From assembly GCF_964355755.1 (NCBI RefSeq), contig NC_092680.1, positions 3,100,001-3,164,000 of the forward strand: a DNA stretch of 64,000 bases, in the 5' to 3' direction. The notes beneath the pieces were generated by a model. It was not told the DNA's origin, made no database searches, and saw only the letters and a program-made list of their open reading frames with translations. The translations under genes and the position numbers were made by a program. Source of the stretch: Antedon mediterranea. Taxonomy: Eukaryota; Animalia; Echinodermata. Shown here piece after piece: positions 38,826 to 52,579 of the stretch (position 1 is the stretch's first letter; the number at the start of each line of letters is the position of its first letter).

Positions 38826-38982
38826 GGTTTAATACTGTTCTACGACACTCACACTAAAATAATTTCCGTAATATTTTCGGAGAAACCATTCTCCGTCCTC
38901 AGCGGATGGTTTTGGAGAATGGTTTCTCCGAAAATATTACGGAAATTATTTTAGTGCGAGTGTTGTAGAACAGTATTAAACC
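38826..38982. mobile_element. Fold-back MITE with TTAA TSD, Kolobok-like
   Basis: TTAA|GGTTTAATACTG...CAGTATTAAACC|TTAA; ~70 bp arms with 2 mismatches and a short spacer; RR..YY termini plus TTAA TSD fit Kolobok. Confidence 0.85.
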
Positions 38983-40692
38983 TTAATTGAATGTTTTCGA
39001 CCGATATGTATAAATCTCTTCAAGTTCTAGTTGCTTTAGTGAATAACACAGTGCCTGTTCAGTATATTTACCCGTGTAAGTTGGCTCCTATACCCACCAA
39101 AGTTAGCAGTAACAGTGCCCATGAAACCCGGGTAAATAGCTAAGCATACATAGCATCTTATGTTATTGACATGTAACATGAAGTATTATCTTGACAATCG
39201 TTAGTACAATATTGTTTTCATTGACATTGCATTTGGCACACAGCCAATTTGTAGTAAACAACCTGACGTGTCCTTATTGATATTTTATGAAACTTTGTTT
39301 GATTTATGTCTGATAAAAGTTTATCACCCTTTGAAAAGTGTTCTTTCAGAATTGCGTTAAATTTTATTTGTTGTTTTTCTTCTTGGATCTTTTCCCCCCT
39401 TAATCTATGACATGGTTATTCTAGATCCCATGCATAAGTTTTCATTGGTGTTGAAATTTAATCATTAGGCCTATATTGAGTAAACATTATTTTACAAACT
39501 TAAATCGGATGTTCACATATGCGTTGCGCAACACACGTAATGTTTTGCGTAAACCACCAGTTTGTTGCGAGATCCCGACTACTAAGAGTTTGTTATAAAT
39601 AAAAGACAGTCGACAGGCTAAAAAATCAGTTATAATTTTTCACAATCTTTGATGCTGGTTTTAAATATTGATGTCTACTGTGTAGGCCTAAAAAAACGAG
39701 TTTATTTCAATGGCCTATTTATTCGATTCTAACAACATTTAAATAAGTAGGCTTTTCCTTTAAAAAAAAATATTGTTGGCGCTAGTCCAGAACGTGCTTT
39801 TTGGCAGCTCGATATATTAATAACGTGCGTCAGATCACACACAAAAAAGAAAGAAAAACCCGATAAATAAATAAAAATAAGTTAAATCGGCTTATCAAAT
39901 TATAGGCGTAGTAATGTACATTTACATTATTAATGTATGCAGCGTGGTCATAATGCCACTCTCGCGTTGTTTACGATGATGTGTATATATCAAATATTGT
40001 AGTATGATGACATATTATTAGTAATTCATTGATGAGGTTGCTCGTTTAATATTATGCTGGTAGACGAACTCTGCGTTAAATTATGCAATATTCTTTCTCT
40101 TTGTTAGTGTATTCTGAGTGTTTTTTTCTACGTGATACAGTTTTTCCTAGAGAGTTTGTCACCCTCTTTGTCATTTTATTGTTATAGATTAATTTTCTTT
40201 TTTCAAATAACGGATAAATGAAAATGAAATTAATAACACGGTACCGGCAGTTAGTCATGTTATTCAATAATAGGCATACAACATATTTAATTTTAATTTC
40301 ATATGTAAAACATTAACATAACAGTCATGATATACATTCTTTGTTACCATAATGACGTAATACCTGGATTTTTTTTATTGATCTTGTTTCATTGCAGGAC
40401 CATATTAAAAAACAGACATTTTGTGATCTTTTCTTTTCTGAATTATGTTATCCTGCCTAAATATGTTTTAATAAATAAATAAATAAAATCTTAACCCATT
40501 GCTGATCAAGGCAATGTTTATTCGTCACATCGCCTTAATTAGCAATTATGTATAGGCCCTACAAATTATTTATTTATGAAATTTATTTTTCAATGCATTT
40601 GAAATAGAAATGTAAAATACATACTATAATATGAAATAACTTGAAGGGGAATTCCCACTAATCATAAGGTTGATTCCACGAGGAACGTCATT

Positions 40693-40817
40693 GCGCAATG
40701 TATGATGGGAAGGGTTTGGGAGCCAACGTCACGACGCGTAGGCCTACGTACAAATAACAAATCACGTACGTACGCGTTGTGACGTTTGCTCCCAAACCAT
40801 TCCCATAATGCGCCGCA
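40693..40817. repeat. Imperfect inverted repeat carrying two ZNF143/Staf-type motifs
   Basis: ATGGGAAGGGTTTGGGAGCCAACGTCACGACGCGTA pairs with TACGCGTTGTGACGTTTGCTCCCAAACCATTCCCAT; motifs TTCCCATCATACATTGCG (-) and TTCCCATAATGCGCCGC (+). Confidence 0.75.
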
Positions 40818-40881
40818 CAAGCTATTTACGATATACATTATAACCACAGCATCTTTTTGCGTTAAGCCTGCTTTCTATTAA

Positions 40882-41265
40882 GGCCCGGTTCACACTGAGA
40901 ATTTATACTGTACGCTAAATAAAATAGACCTCACGCCAGTCTTCTGCATGGTCTAACGCGGTAGAAACTCACGACGTGTTCAGACCTACTTGGTACAATA
41001 TGCGCTTGTACGTTTTGTAACAATTTTCAATATTTTCGTGTGACATTGACACTTATTAAGTCTATGTTGATGTATAAGCAATATTACCATTGTTCAAACT
41101 TTACCATATTTTACAATCAAACATAATTATTCTTTTGTGCATGTAAACCAGCTTTTCAGCTGACACGTCACCATGTCACATGTTCGTTCCCAATAAAATG
41201 TTATCTTCTGTTGTACTCGCATCATTGATAGGTCATATCGTACTAATATTAATCTGAGCCGGGCT
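40882..41265. mobile_element. Degenerate PIF/Harbinger-like non-autonomous element
   Basis: TAA|GGCCCGGTTCACA...TCTGAGCCGGGCT|TAA; 3 bp TAA TSD, 10 of 13 TIR positions match. Confidence 0.55.
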
Positions 41266-41559
41266 TAAGATTAACAATATACCAATATTGAAATCTAAAA
41301 AACAAATTTGCATAATTCCCTGTGTTTGATACTAAACCCACGTCTAGGCGTTGAGTGAAGTTACGGCATTTATTAATTGCAGACTCATATTCATGAGTAG
41401 GGCCTACAGTCAAATAAATAAAGATATTGCGATGAATGTTTTATTATATTGGGTCCCGGGTGGTAGGCTATTCTCCCGCGGTGTAAAACATAAAATAATA
41501 GCGCCCCCCCCCCCCCCCATAACACAGAGATGAGTTAAAACAACCACCAATAGCCTAGA

Positions 41560-42250
41560 TAAGCATAACTAATGAAATTGCTTATTTTGTTATTATATCG
41601 CGTGCACATTTAAACAAAAGTAAAATAAATGTGTCTTTTTTTTGTCGGTAACTTAATCATGTGGAAATTAAAAGACGGACTTAAAATTAACACACAATTA
41701 AGTGGTCTAAAAAGTATCGTTTCGGAAACCGCAAATCGTAGACCTATTATTATATTTATTCATGAATAACTTATCATTTACATCCAGTCTCCGAGACTGA
41801 TGTTTGTTTTATTAAGGCTAGTCGTTCCATATGGATTAATGATTTAATGCAAACATATCGAACTGGTATGTTTTGCAATCCCTTAGGAGTATGTTGCAAC
41901 GTATGGGAGACGCGTAATGCCCATATGTTGTTTTCATTCAGTAAAGCCACCCCTCCCTCTGAATATGTAGGCCTTTTGTTTGTACTGTCAAAAATGTATT
42001 TTCTTAAAATAATAATATTAACGCACCTATTTCCAGACCATGAAAGAGAATTGTAATTTATTAAGTTATACTTATTTATATTTGTTATTATGCCTTATAT
42101 TGCCTGCACATTGATAACAAAAAATGACGAAATATGTTTTTTAGTAACTTAATCATATGTGAAAGATGGACTTTGAATTAGCATTCAATTAAAAAACAAA
42201 TGTTTAAAAAAAAAGTATCGTTTAGGAAAGCGCAAGTCTTAGACCATTAT
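41560..42250. repeat. Dispersed ~170 bp direct duplication (~41580-41750 and ~42070-42250)
   Basis: Shared TGCACATT...GTAACTTAATCAT...GGACTT...AAAAAGTATCGTTT.GGAAA.CGCAA...TAGACC. Confidence 0.65.
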
Positions 42251-44446
42251 TTTTATAAATGTTTGTCTGTATTTTACTCGCTCTACAATTTCAAGTACAC
42301 AAAGTAAAGCTTTGATTATTCAACGATGGTACCATTTTATTTGATGTCGTAACAAATGTCAACATTATCGAGCACATGGTGTGCAGGTTATATTTGACAC
42401 ATCACCTGATAATGACCGATGGAATTTGATTTATTATATTTAACAATAATTATGATACGGGGATAAAGACTGATATGGAACCCCCTTTCGCGACACTTTG
42501 TTGTATCCTAACTATGGTCAAACACAAGGACGAAAACAGATTTGTTTATACAATGATTATTAATTATCATTTGATGAAATATTTACTTAAGTTATTCTCA
42601 CATGATTGATACTATTTCACTACGAATAAATTATTAATTTATCGATATTGTTCTCTTAATCGAAATGCTTTGCATTTCCGGCCGCTCGCAGACGATGTAA
42701 ACATACCTATCTCGCGCCAAACCTCAATGGTGATATTATCATCTACTTGGGCTATCAGTGAGTTTGATAATCGAACATATCAAAGCGTAGAAACAAACAA
42801 AAAGCATCAATAAGATAAAACATTGAAAAGATTATCCACTTAATAATATATACAGATGACATTGAAATGACTATACAAACATGCACCCGACCACATGTTC
42901 ACTGATATTGTGCTGTTTTTAAAACTGTTTTGTTTTTCAATTATTATTTCACCTAAAGCAGAGTACTTGAAAACAATGTTAAACAACCAGAAGTTTACAA
43001 TAATTACAGGCCTAGTGCGTAATAATTTCAGAGCCACCCGATTATGTATTAGTATTTTAACATTGCCTTTTGCAATTTGATGTATTTTTTGTTGTTTCAT
43101 TGTCTTTATTATGCCAAGCAAAACAAATTTTCATTTTAAGTGGACCAATAACATTTCTTGTATCTTGAATCTAGTATTTAATACTGATACTCGTATGATT
43201 TGCGATAGTCAATAAGAATCTGTCTAGTGACAGATTCAGAATCGGGTGATGATAAGGTGAACGCGGATCTTTAATGAAAAAAGTTTTTGTGAAAATCGGC
43301 AAAAAACTTGTGATGATTCTGCTACTAAAAGCAATCTATTGTGAATGAGAGAACATTAAAAACAATAGTTATCTTTGTTTTCTCATTATTTTATTAAGTT
43401 ACTTTGTTGGTTTGTTTACTTAATAGTTGTCATATATGTGCTTATAACAACATCCAGCATGTTGTTGGTTGCTACTCAACGGTACCGGCATATAAGCACT
43501 TGAGGTTGATTCAATGCTTGTGCTTTTTTTGTAATGTGTCCTATTAATAGATGACTATGTGATATTGTCAGAAGGTATACATGGTTATCTGAACCGCCAA
43601 ATTTTTTTTATCTATTATGCCTAATTATAAAAAAATGTTTTATTTGTTTGTTTATAGAGTCATCTCGTGACAAGTGCAATTGTTTTTAAATATTATATAA
43701 ACAAATTGTTTGTAGTCGAACTATTATGTTGATTGATTGATTGAACTGAAATCTCGTCAACCTGACGATTAAGTTTCATCAAACGGATATATAGTGTTCT
43801 ATATTCAGTATTAATTCGATTACAGTACTGATTATCGCTACTCTTCACGATACGACACTTGATTTGATATTTTTCTTGTTACAGTTGACGTGATGCAAAT
43901 CGAGAATAGACACTGACATTTACATAGTCTGCCGATCGGAAGAGCATGTAATACGCCAAATTGCTTCATATCTAGGTTATCAATAGCAGTGATACCTGTG
44001 CCAACATGTGTCGTGGTTCGGTAGATCGATATTGCAAAATGACTACTTGTATCATACGAGTGCCATTGACTACAGGATGAGTGTTTAATATACGTCATTC
44101 CATGAAATAGATTTTGCGATTTGCGAAATGTCAACTTAAAAATCGTCTGATCTTCACAACTAGTTCATTGCGTAATATAATCCGGTTAGAACGTGTTTGT
44201 TGGCATATCATATCAAATTGACAAAATTGAAATGTCATTATACCGTGTTGTGAAGACGCTAATATCTCTATCAATCATTATAAACCTAGTATATTATTTG
44301 ATAATCGAAAAATACTTCTACCCATGGCATGATGATCAGTATGTAGGTTTATTGCGTCATTGTTGGCCCATTTTTAAGACTAGGAGAATCAGATGTATAA
44401 GCTACTATAGAAAGCCATTTGATGCTATTTTCTTTTCTTCGCTTAA

Positions 44447-45006
44447 AGATGTATTGTCCCTTGCACCGGTGTCCCTTGAAACACAAAAAATGAAAAAAAA
44501 AAATATTCTAAATTTAAATTGGCCATATCAAAGTAATATTAAAGTTATTCACTTTAAGTCGAAAATTCGAGCCAAAAACAACAGTTTACGTAATTAACAG
44601 GTAAATTAATTAGATTACATTTCGTCTGAGAAATCGTCGCAAGCGAAAGTAAACAAAGATTTCAAACCATGAGTATGCATTATGCATGATGCTAATTAGG
44701 ATTGTTTACAACTCATCACGGTTGAGAAGGTGTTTTCACACAGATCGCGAGGAAGTTTTATGATTATGCATACAGAGTAGCCAAACAAGCGCATTGCATT
44801 ATGGGATATGTTTTGATTGAAAACTTTGACTGGAAGTCAAAGTTATTTTTTGAACAAAAAAACATCTGTATTTCGGTTAAATTATTTTTTTTGACTAATT
44901 TTTGGTGAAAGTTAATAACTATTATGATACTTCAAAATGACCCACTTTTTTTCGAAATTAAAAAAAAATAAAAATTTTTGGAATTAGTCGAAGGGACAAT
45001 ACATCT
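44447..45006. mobile_element. Non-autonomous Kolobok-like DNA transposon, 560 bp
   Basis: TTAA|AGATGTATTGTCCCTT...AAGGGACAATACATCT|TTAA; perfect 16 bp TIR and TTAA TSD. Confidence 0.88.
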
Positions 45007-47373
45007 TTAAAGGACCATCAGACCTATTATTGTATTATAATAATATCAGACGTTTTTACCCAAGACCAGTTTTCTCTTGTTTTACCGCTGGCGAGGAAAT
45101 TTCCAATTCTTTATTACTTTTTGGCGATCTCAGCTTGAGTATCCTATTATATATTTTAAGGTTGTATCTAAATCTTATACAATTCCTGTGACGTAATGCA
45201 GTAGGCGTCTACCTCTACTCTAATTAAACGTACGGTACATCTTTAGTCTGTTTGGAACAATCTTTTTAATTCAATTTAAGATGCTCCTTCTATCGAAGTT
45301 TTCAAACCCCTGTTAGACCCCCCCCCCACCCCATCTTTTTAGTGCTTTGTATTTAAGTGCTTTGGACCAATCTGTTGATTGTTCATGTTAAAAGCGCTTT
45401 ATAAATTTGACAACATTAACATTATTAGCTGTCTGTTCTGTGTGATCATCCTTGCTAGACAATGTCAACACTGATATTTGTATAGTGTACGATGGAATCA
45501 ATAACATGTAGGCCTATGATGCACTGATACATATACCCTCGTTTGTACTAATTGTATCAACATGTACCAACAATATGATGTTGTTATATTAATATTAGAC
45601 GCTGTGAGAGAGCTCATTTTTAAACAGAAAATGATAACACACAGTTTTGTTGTTTGTTTTTGTTGATTTTTCACACAAAATCAATATGATAAATTAATAA
45701 TATCTGAAATGGATTTCTAATGTTTAGACGCAATTAGTGGTTTTATATTGTGTTGCATGTTTTAGCCCCGAATTAAATTTGGTTTTTTACCAGGTCGCAA
45801 TCACAAAGCCACAGGATAAGAGTTATCGGAAATGCGACTTTGTCACTAGTCAACTCCCTTGCGTTGCGCATACGCATTTGCGTTGCGTCCTCTAGTGGTA
45901 AACTTTACACTCCTGCATGTTTCACTGTGAGGCCTACGTAAACAATGTCTGAAACCCGTTTATACAACACACACACGATAAATATACATTGTCTTTCTAC
46001 ATAAAACAAGAGAAATTTAAAAAGTTTGTATCGTAACAAAGTTGTTCTTATACTGATCATGACGTCATTTTTAGTAGATTTTTGAAAATATTACTTTCAC
46101 CCCGAGGACAGTATAAATGGTTATTCTACAGTTCTTTTTTTTTTCTTAGGCCTACACTTTTATCAATTTTGTCTTCTGTAGAAAAAAAATATGTATATTT
46201 ATTTATTTATCGTAGTTATTGCCCGTTTATTCGAAATAAATGAACACCAAAAGAAGTGCGCCCCCATACGATGGAAACTGAACAAACTTTATAAAAGTAT
46301 CGACGAATTTGTTTCGAAACGGGTACTACAAATTCACAGATTGGATTTACTACACACGAGATATTAAACACATTACGAATGAATTATTTAGTTAAAATGT
46401 GTTATTTAACACGTTAGGAAAGTTTTAATAAACAGTAAAGGACGTTTTGATTATAAAACAAGACTTGAACTTGTTTTTAAATCAGGTTCACAATCGTGGT
46501 TACTATAGGCATGCCCCATGCCAGTTAAAACATTTGACTCAATCTACGTACTCTATGTGAACAACGACATTGTCTGTTACTCTCGTTTGTTAATTCCATT
46601 TACATCGATCTAATATTTACTTACTAACTAACCAGACAAAATAAATCATAAGTTTAATACAAAAGATGCATTCATTGTTGTCACAGTATATGTCAATGAT
46701 ATGTCAACGAACTTAAGAACTGTCACCCGCTAGCTTTTTTAGTCTGCAAAAATGAACGCAGGCCGCCAGGGTCTCTGAAAACAAATCAACCATGAAAAGG
46801 CAACAGAACTCGTTTCTATAGGCTCACTTGTTGTCTAAATCCCCGACGCTATAAACCAGGGTCAATATTACAATAGATTGTGCCACACTCGAGCTCACAT
46901 AATGCAATTAAGCGGAAGTTGTTTTGTATACATTATTTGTAGTTTTAGCTATTATTCAAATTTAAATACTGTACACTTATTGCTGGTGTTTAAGTAACGC
47001 CGAATATATGATAAAACTTAACGATAACATCGACCTCATGACAATAGACCAGAATAATTAATTCCAAGAGCCAACAAAAATTATATATATTATATAATTA
47101 TATATTAAATTTCGTATATAAAAAAAAATATATTATTAATTGAATAAGGCTAATAATATCAACAAACAATAAACAAGTCTAACTTTTTTATTTATTTGTA
47201 TCAACAAATATAAAATATAGTAAAATAGACACATTTAAATAAAATTAACACTTGTACTAATTAATTAATTAATATCTGCAGTATATATTTAAATAAAATT
47301 AATCTCTTGACAGATTAAGCAATTACATACAATAAAGGTTATTAAAAATATATTAATTTTTTCTTTAGTTTTT

Positions 47374-47549
47374 CACATGCGCGTTTAAAATATAACAATT
47401 ATAACACGGCTTTTGTACGCGCGCGTCAATTTCGTGTCTTGAAATCTGTCATCAGTTGAAAGTGGAAGAAACAACAACGTTTGACATGCGCGTTTAAAGT
47501 ATGATAACAATTATGACACAGCTTTTGTACGCGCGCGTCAGTTTCTTGT
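47374..47549. repeat. ~110 bp-spaced local duplication rich in CGCG
   Basis: ACATGCGCGTTTAAA...ATAACAATTAT.ACAC.GCTTTTGTACGCGCGCGTCA occurs twice. Confidence 0.85.
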
Positions 47550-48812
47550 CAACATGAAACTATACAGGAACTATAATATGAAGGGTGTGAGTGCGTCGTG
47601 TGTTAAAGTAATTACTTGATCACGTGATCAGTCTATTATATTCTGAACAAAACTAACCACAACCGCAGGATGTTCTATTGATAATATGAATAGTAAGTTG
47701 TTCTTTAAGAACCCCATCAAGTCTCTTTATATACTTACAATTTTGAATTGTGTTTAAAGATCGAGGGTCGAACGAAAAATAATTACCTGCGAATCGAGTA
47801 TTATGTGTTTGCAAGGCGTACATCGTTTAATGATAAACCATATGGGGTATCAATGGGCTTTTGAAAATTCGTGTTATTAGTTTCCGAGTAAACAATAAAG
47901 TTTGTGTTTTTATGAAAAGTACAAGAGGAAGTGTGTGAATAGACACTCTTATGTGTATGTTGTTCTAAACGTTCATGCCAATAACAAAATAGGCCTTAAG
48001 ATTTCTTTTTCATATTGTGCATGTTTAACAGATTTCGATGCGTAGGCCTACTTTGGTTGTAGGTAGAATAATAACTATTTCCCTAACACTATTATTTTAA
48101 AAGAACACTTATGGTTCTTGCTACCCGACCACCACAATATAACTTCAATGATTCTGTTTCGGCTTCAATATTTGTAATCGATTACTTTTTTAGAAGTTGT
48201 TTATCAAATGTCATATACGGTAGGCATAGTAAATACACTGAAGTTAATAACACTAAATAGAGGAATTGACATGAATGTAGACCTGGCCTAGGCACATAAT
48301 AGTTCTTTTTACGACTTTGAAGTTACCTATTTTATCCAATAATTCCAAAGAAAAACAAAATCCATAATGTTCTGATTTATGTTTTCCTTTCCCTTGTCTG
48401 TTTTCATAGCCCGCAGAAGCATTCAACCAATTGCATGAGTTAAGTCCCTATCCGATTAGTTTAAATCCGTCAAAATATGTACACCATTTAATGAAAAGTA
48501 AACATTTTTTGAAATTAAAAAGAGGAGGATTTGGCTTATTTCCAGTGTGTGCTTGTTGTGTAACACTTCTACAAAACAAATTGATATTGTTTGCCAATTT
48601 GAGCTGTCAAAGAGTTGTGTTGAATGAACCTTAACCTATCAGTAAAATGTCGATGTTCCAAGTGAGAGTAATTAACAATGCAGTTAAAAAATAAAAGAAC
48701 TAGCAGCAAAACAAATCGTGTCACTATGAGTTACAGCAGCGATAGAAAAGTGTGTAAAAATAAAATTTACAAACAAATAATACAGTATAGCCCAAATGCA
48801 ACAGTAAAGAAA

Positions 48813-51350
48813 GACGTTGTCAGAATAGGAGAGGCAAGAGCAGCAAAGTAAAGCAGCAAGCTCAACTGCAACAGTACAGAGTAGGGCATGGCAGCAGAAT
48901 GGGAGATACAAAAGCAGCAAAGTAAAGCAGCAAGCCCAACTGCAGCAGTACAGAGTAGGGCATGGCAGCAGAATGGGAGAGGCAGGAGCAGCAAAGTAAA
49001 GCAGCAAGCTCAACTGCAGCAGTACAGAGTAGGGCATGGCAGCAGAATGGGAGATACAAGAGCAGCAAAGTAAAGCAACAAGTTCAACTGCAGCATTACA
49101 GAGTAGGGCATGGCAGCAGAATGGGAGATACAAGAGCAGCAAAGTAAAGCAGCAAGCTCAACTGCAGCAGTACAGAGTAGGGCATGGCAGCAGAATGGGA
49201 GATGCAAAAGCAGCAAAGTAAAGCAGCAAGCTCAACTGCAGCAGTACAGAGTAGGGCATGGCAGCAGAATGGGAGATGCAAAAGCAGCAAAGTAAAGCAG
49301 CAAGCTCAACTGCAGCAGTACAGAGTAGGGCATGGCAGCAGAATGGGAGATGCAAAAGCAGCAAAGTAAAGCAGCAAGCTCAATTGCAGCAGTACAGAGT
49401 AGGGCATGGCAGCAGAATGGGAGATACAAGAGCAGCAAAGTAAAGCAGCAAGCTCAACTGCAGCAGTACAGAGTAGGGCATGGCAGGAGAATGGGAGATA
49501 CAAGAGCAGCAAAGTAAAGCAGCAAGCTCAACTGCAGCAGTACAGAGTAGGGCATGGCAGCAGAATGGGAGATACAAGAGCAGCAAAGTAAAGCAGCAAG
49601 CTCAACTGCAGCAGTACAGAGTAGGGCATGGCAGCAGAATGGGAGATGCAAAAGCAGCAAAGTAAAGCAGCAAGCTCAACTGCAGCAGTACAGAGTAGGG
49701 CATGGCAGCAGAATGGGAGATGCAAAAGCAGCAAAGTAAAGCAGCAAGCTCAATTGCAGCAGTACAGAGTAGGGCATGGCAGCAGAATGGGAGATACAAG
49801 AGCAGCAAAGTAAAGCAGCAAGCTCAACTGCAGCAGTACAGAGTAGGGCATGGCAGCAGAATTGGAGATGCAAGAGCAGCAAAGTAAAGCAGCAAGCTCA
49901 ACTGCAGCATTACAGAGTAGGGCATGGCAGGAGAATGGGAGAGGCAGGAGCAGCAAAGTAAAGCAACAAGCTCAACTGCAGCAGTACAGAGTAGGGCATG
50001 GCAGCAGAATGGGAGATGCAAGAGCAGCAAAGTAAAGCAGCAAGCCCAACTGCAGCAGTACAGAGTAGGGCATGGCAGCAGAATGGGAGATGCAAGAGCA
50101 GCAAAGTAAAGCAACAAGCCCAACTGCAGCAGTACAGAGTAGGGCATGGCAGCAGAATGGGAGATACAAGAGCAGCAAAGTAAAGCAACAAGCCCAACTG
50201 CAGCAGTACAGAGTAGGGCATGGCAGCAGAATGGGAGATGCAAGAGCAGCAAAGTAAAGCAACAAGCCCAACTGCAGCAGTACAGAGTAGGGCATGGCAG
50301 CAGAATGGGAGAAGTAAAGCAGCAAGCCCAACTGCAGCAGTACAGAGTAGGGCATGGCAGCAGAATGGGAGAGGCAGGAGCAGCAAAGTAAAGCAACAAG
50401 TTCAACTGCAGCAGTACAGAGTAGGGCATGGCAGCAGAATGGGAGAGGCAAGAGCAGCAAAGTAAAGCAACAAGTTCAACTGCAGCAGTACAGAGTAGGG
50501 CATGGCAGCAGAATGGGAGAGGCAGGAGCAGCAAAGTAAAGCAGCAAGCTCAACTGCAGCAGTACAGAGTAGGGCATGGCAGCAGAATTGGAGATGCAAG
50601 AGCAGCAAAGTAAAGCAACAAGTTCAACTGCAGCAGTACAGAGTAGGGCATGGCAGCAGAATGGGAGAGGCAGGAGCAGCAAAGTAAAGCAGCAAGCTCA
50701 ACTGCAGCAGTACAGAGTAGGGCATGGCAGCAGAATGGGAGAGGCAGGAGCAGCAAAGTAAAGCAGCAAGCTCAACTGCAGCAGTACAGAGTAGGGCATG
50801 GCAGCAGAATGGGAGATGCAAGAGCAGCAAAGTAAAGCAACAAGTTCAACTGCAGCAGTACAGAGTAGGGCATGGCAGCAGAATGGGAGAGGCAGGAGCA
50901 GCAAAGTAAAGCAGCAAGCTCAACTGCAGCAGTACAGAGTAGGGCATGGCAGCAGAATTGGAGATGCAAGAGCAGCAAAGTAAAGCAGCAAGCTCAACTG
51001 CAGCAGTACAGAGTAGGGCATGGCAGCAGAATGGGAGATGCAAAAGCAGCAAAGTAAAGCAGCAAGCCCAACTGCAGCAGTACAGAGTAGGGCATGGCAG
51101 GAGAATGGGAGAGGCAAGAGCAGCAAAGTAAAGCAACAACCTCAACTGCAGCAGTACCGTATCGTAAAGAAGGCATAGCAGAATGGGAGATACATGACAG
51201 CAAAGTAAAGCAACAACCTCAACTGCAAAAGGTATGGTAAAGAAAGGTATGGCAGAATAGGAGATGCAGGAGCAGCAAAATAAAGCAACAAGCTCAACTG
51301 CAGCAGTATGGAAAAATAGACGTTGTCGGAATGAGAGATGCAGGAGCAAC
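48813..51350. repeat. 74 bp minisatellite, about 31 homogeneous copies plus diverged edge units
   Basis: Unit GCAGCAAAGTAAAGCAGCAAGCTCAACTGCAGCAGTACAGAGTAGGGCATGGCAGCAGAATGGGAGATACAAGA; one unit near 50310 lacks 14 bp. Confidence 0.98.
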
Positions 51351-52579
51351 AATCTTGACTACATCAGAAGTAAGGCATACAGAGTGGTTCTGCAGGAGCA
51401 GTAATAAACAAAACATCTGAACTGCCTCAGTGAAGAACAGCATGGCAATTCTGCAGGAATAGATCGACAAAAGACGATTCCTCTGGTTAAACGAGTACTG
51501 CAAGATCAGCGATATGTCAACAAAATGGAAGATGTTTACCAATGGGAAGATTCACGAAGAGCAAACACTTTACGAGCAATAAACCACAACCCTTTAAGAA
51601 GCAGAACAATGATCGTTTGTGTTAAACGAGAGTAGTTGCAGCAATTCAATTCAATTCAATTTCTTTTTATTTCGGAAATATCATCCATATTAATAAACTT
51701 ATAAACAGAAAAAGAAAAATCGTAAACGTCAAAACGTCAACCACATCGCAGCAGAAATACAATAGCAACTTTAATATTAACCACGATGATTATTTGACGA
51801 ATTAAAATTAATTGATTTGTAAGGTATATTAATATGAATTATTGGACTGATTATTTAACTATTGATTTTTGGATCAAACGTCCAGCTAATCGTATTACAG
51901 TCATTAGCATTACCATGCCAGATACTATATACCTAAAGGCATTAGTAAATCCGTAGAGCAACTCGTATCGTTAATCACCTCATCCAAATAGAAAATGACT
52001 GTGTAAATCAGGCTCTTTGATAAATTAATCCGAAATACAATAACGTGATTAAGTCAATCAGCTTTATATTTATTTTGTGGTTAATTTTCTGGTGAATAAT
52101 ATAATTTTATCAAACACTAACAAATTTATCGCCTTTCTGAATTTATTTATTGTTAAGGGAATCTTCCACAATGAATGATTCAACCAAAACAAACCACTAA
52201 AACGATTGTTATATCAATAGTAATGAGGAAAGCCATGTATAGCTGAACCATCTAGAAAACTGAATCATCAACTCTTTTGCTTACACGTGATTCATACTGC
52301 GGGGAGATCCACTCATCACGTCGAGGTGTTGCCCGAACGTTGAATTAGGCTGCCCTCGCATCAACAAACATTTCTATCGTCTGTAGTCATATGTACGCAT
52401 GCTCAGTACACGTTTTCGTCATGAATCATTGATACGGAGGGATGGTCTCTGATTATGAAAGGAATAACTATTTGAATAATTTGTAAAATGTTAAGTTGTT
52501 GGAATGGCGTTGGTTTGTATTTATATCCGATTTATTCAGAATAAGATAAGCAAAATAACTGTCAAAACATAGTTGATGT

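Noticed and set aside
44193-44597. 134 aa ORF
   Set aside because: GTG start, AT-rich, runs into a non-autonomous transposon; no homology recognised
48684-51352. Dozens of overlapping 61-236 aa ORFs (MAAEWE..., MLLL...)
   Set aside because: Translation artefacts of the 74 bp tandem repeat; the unit is not a multiple of 3 and no gene structure is evident
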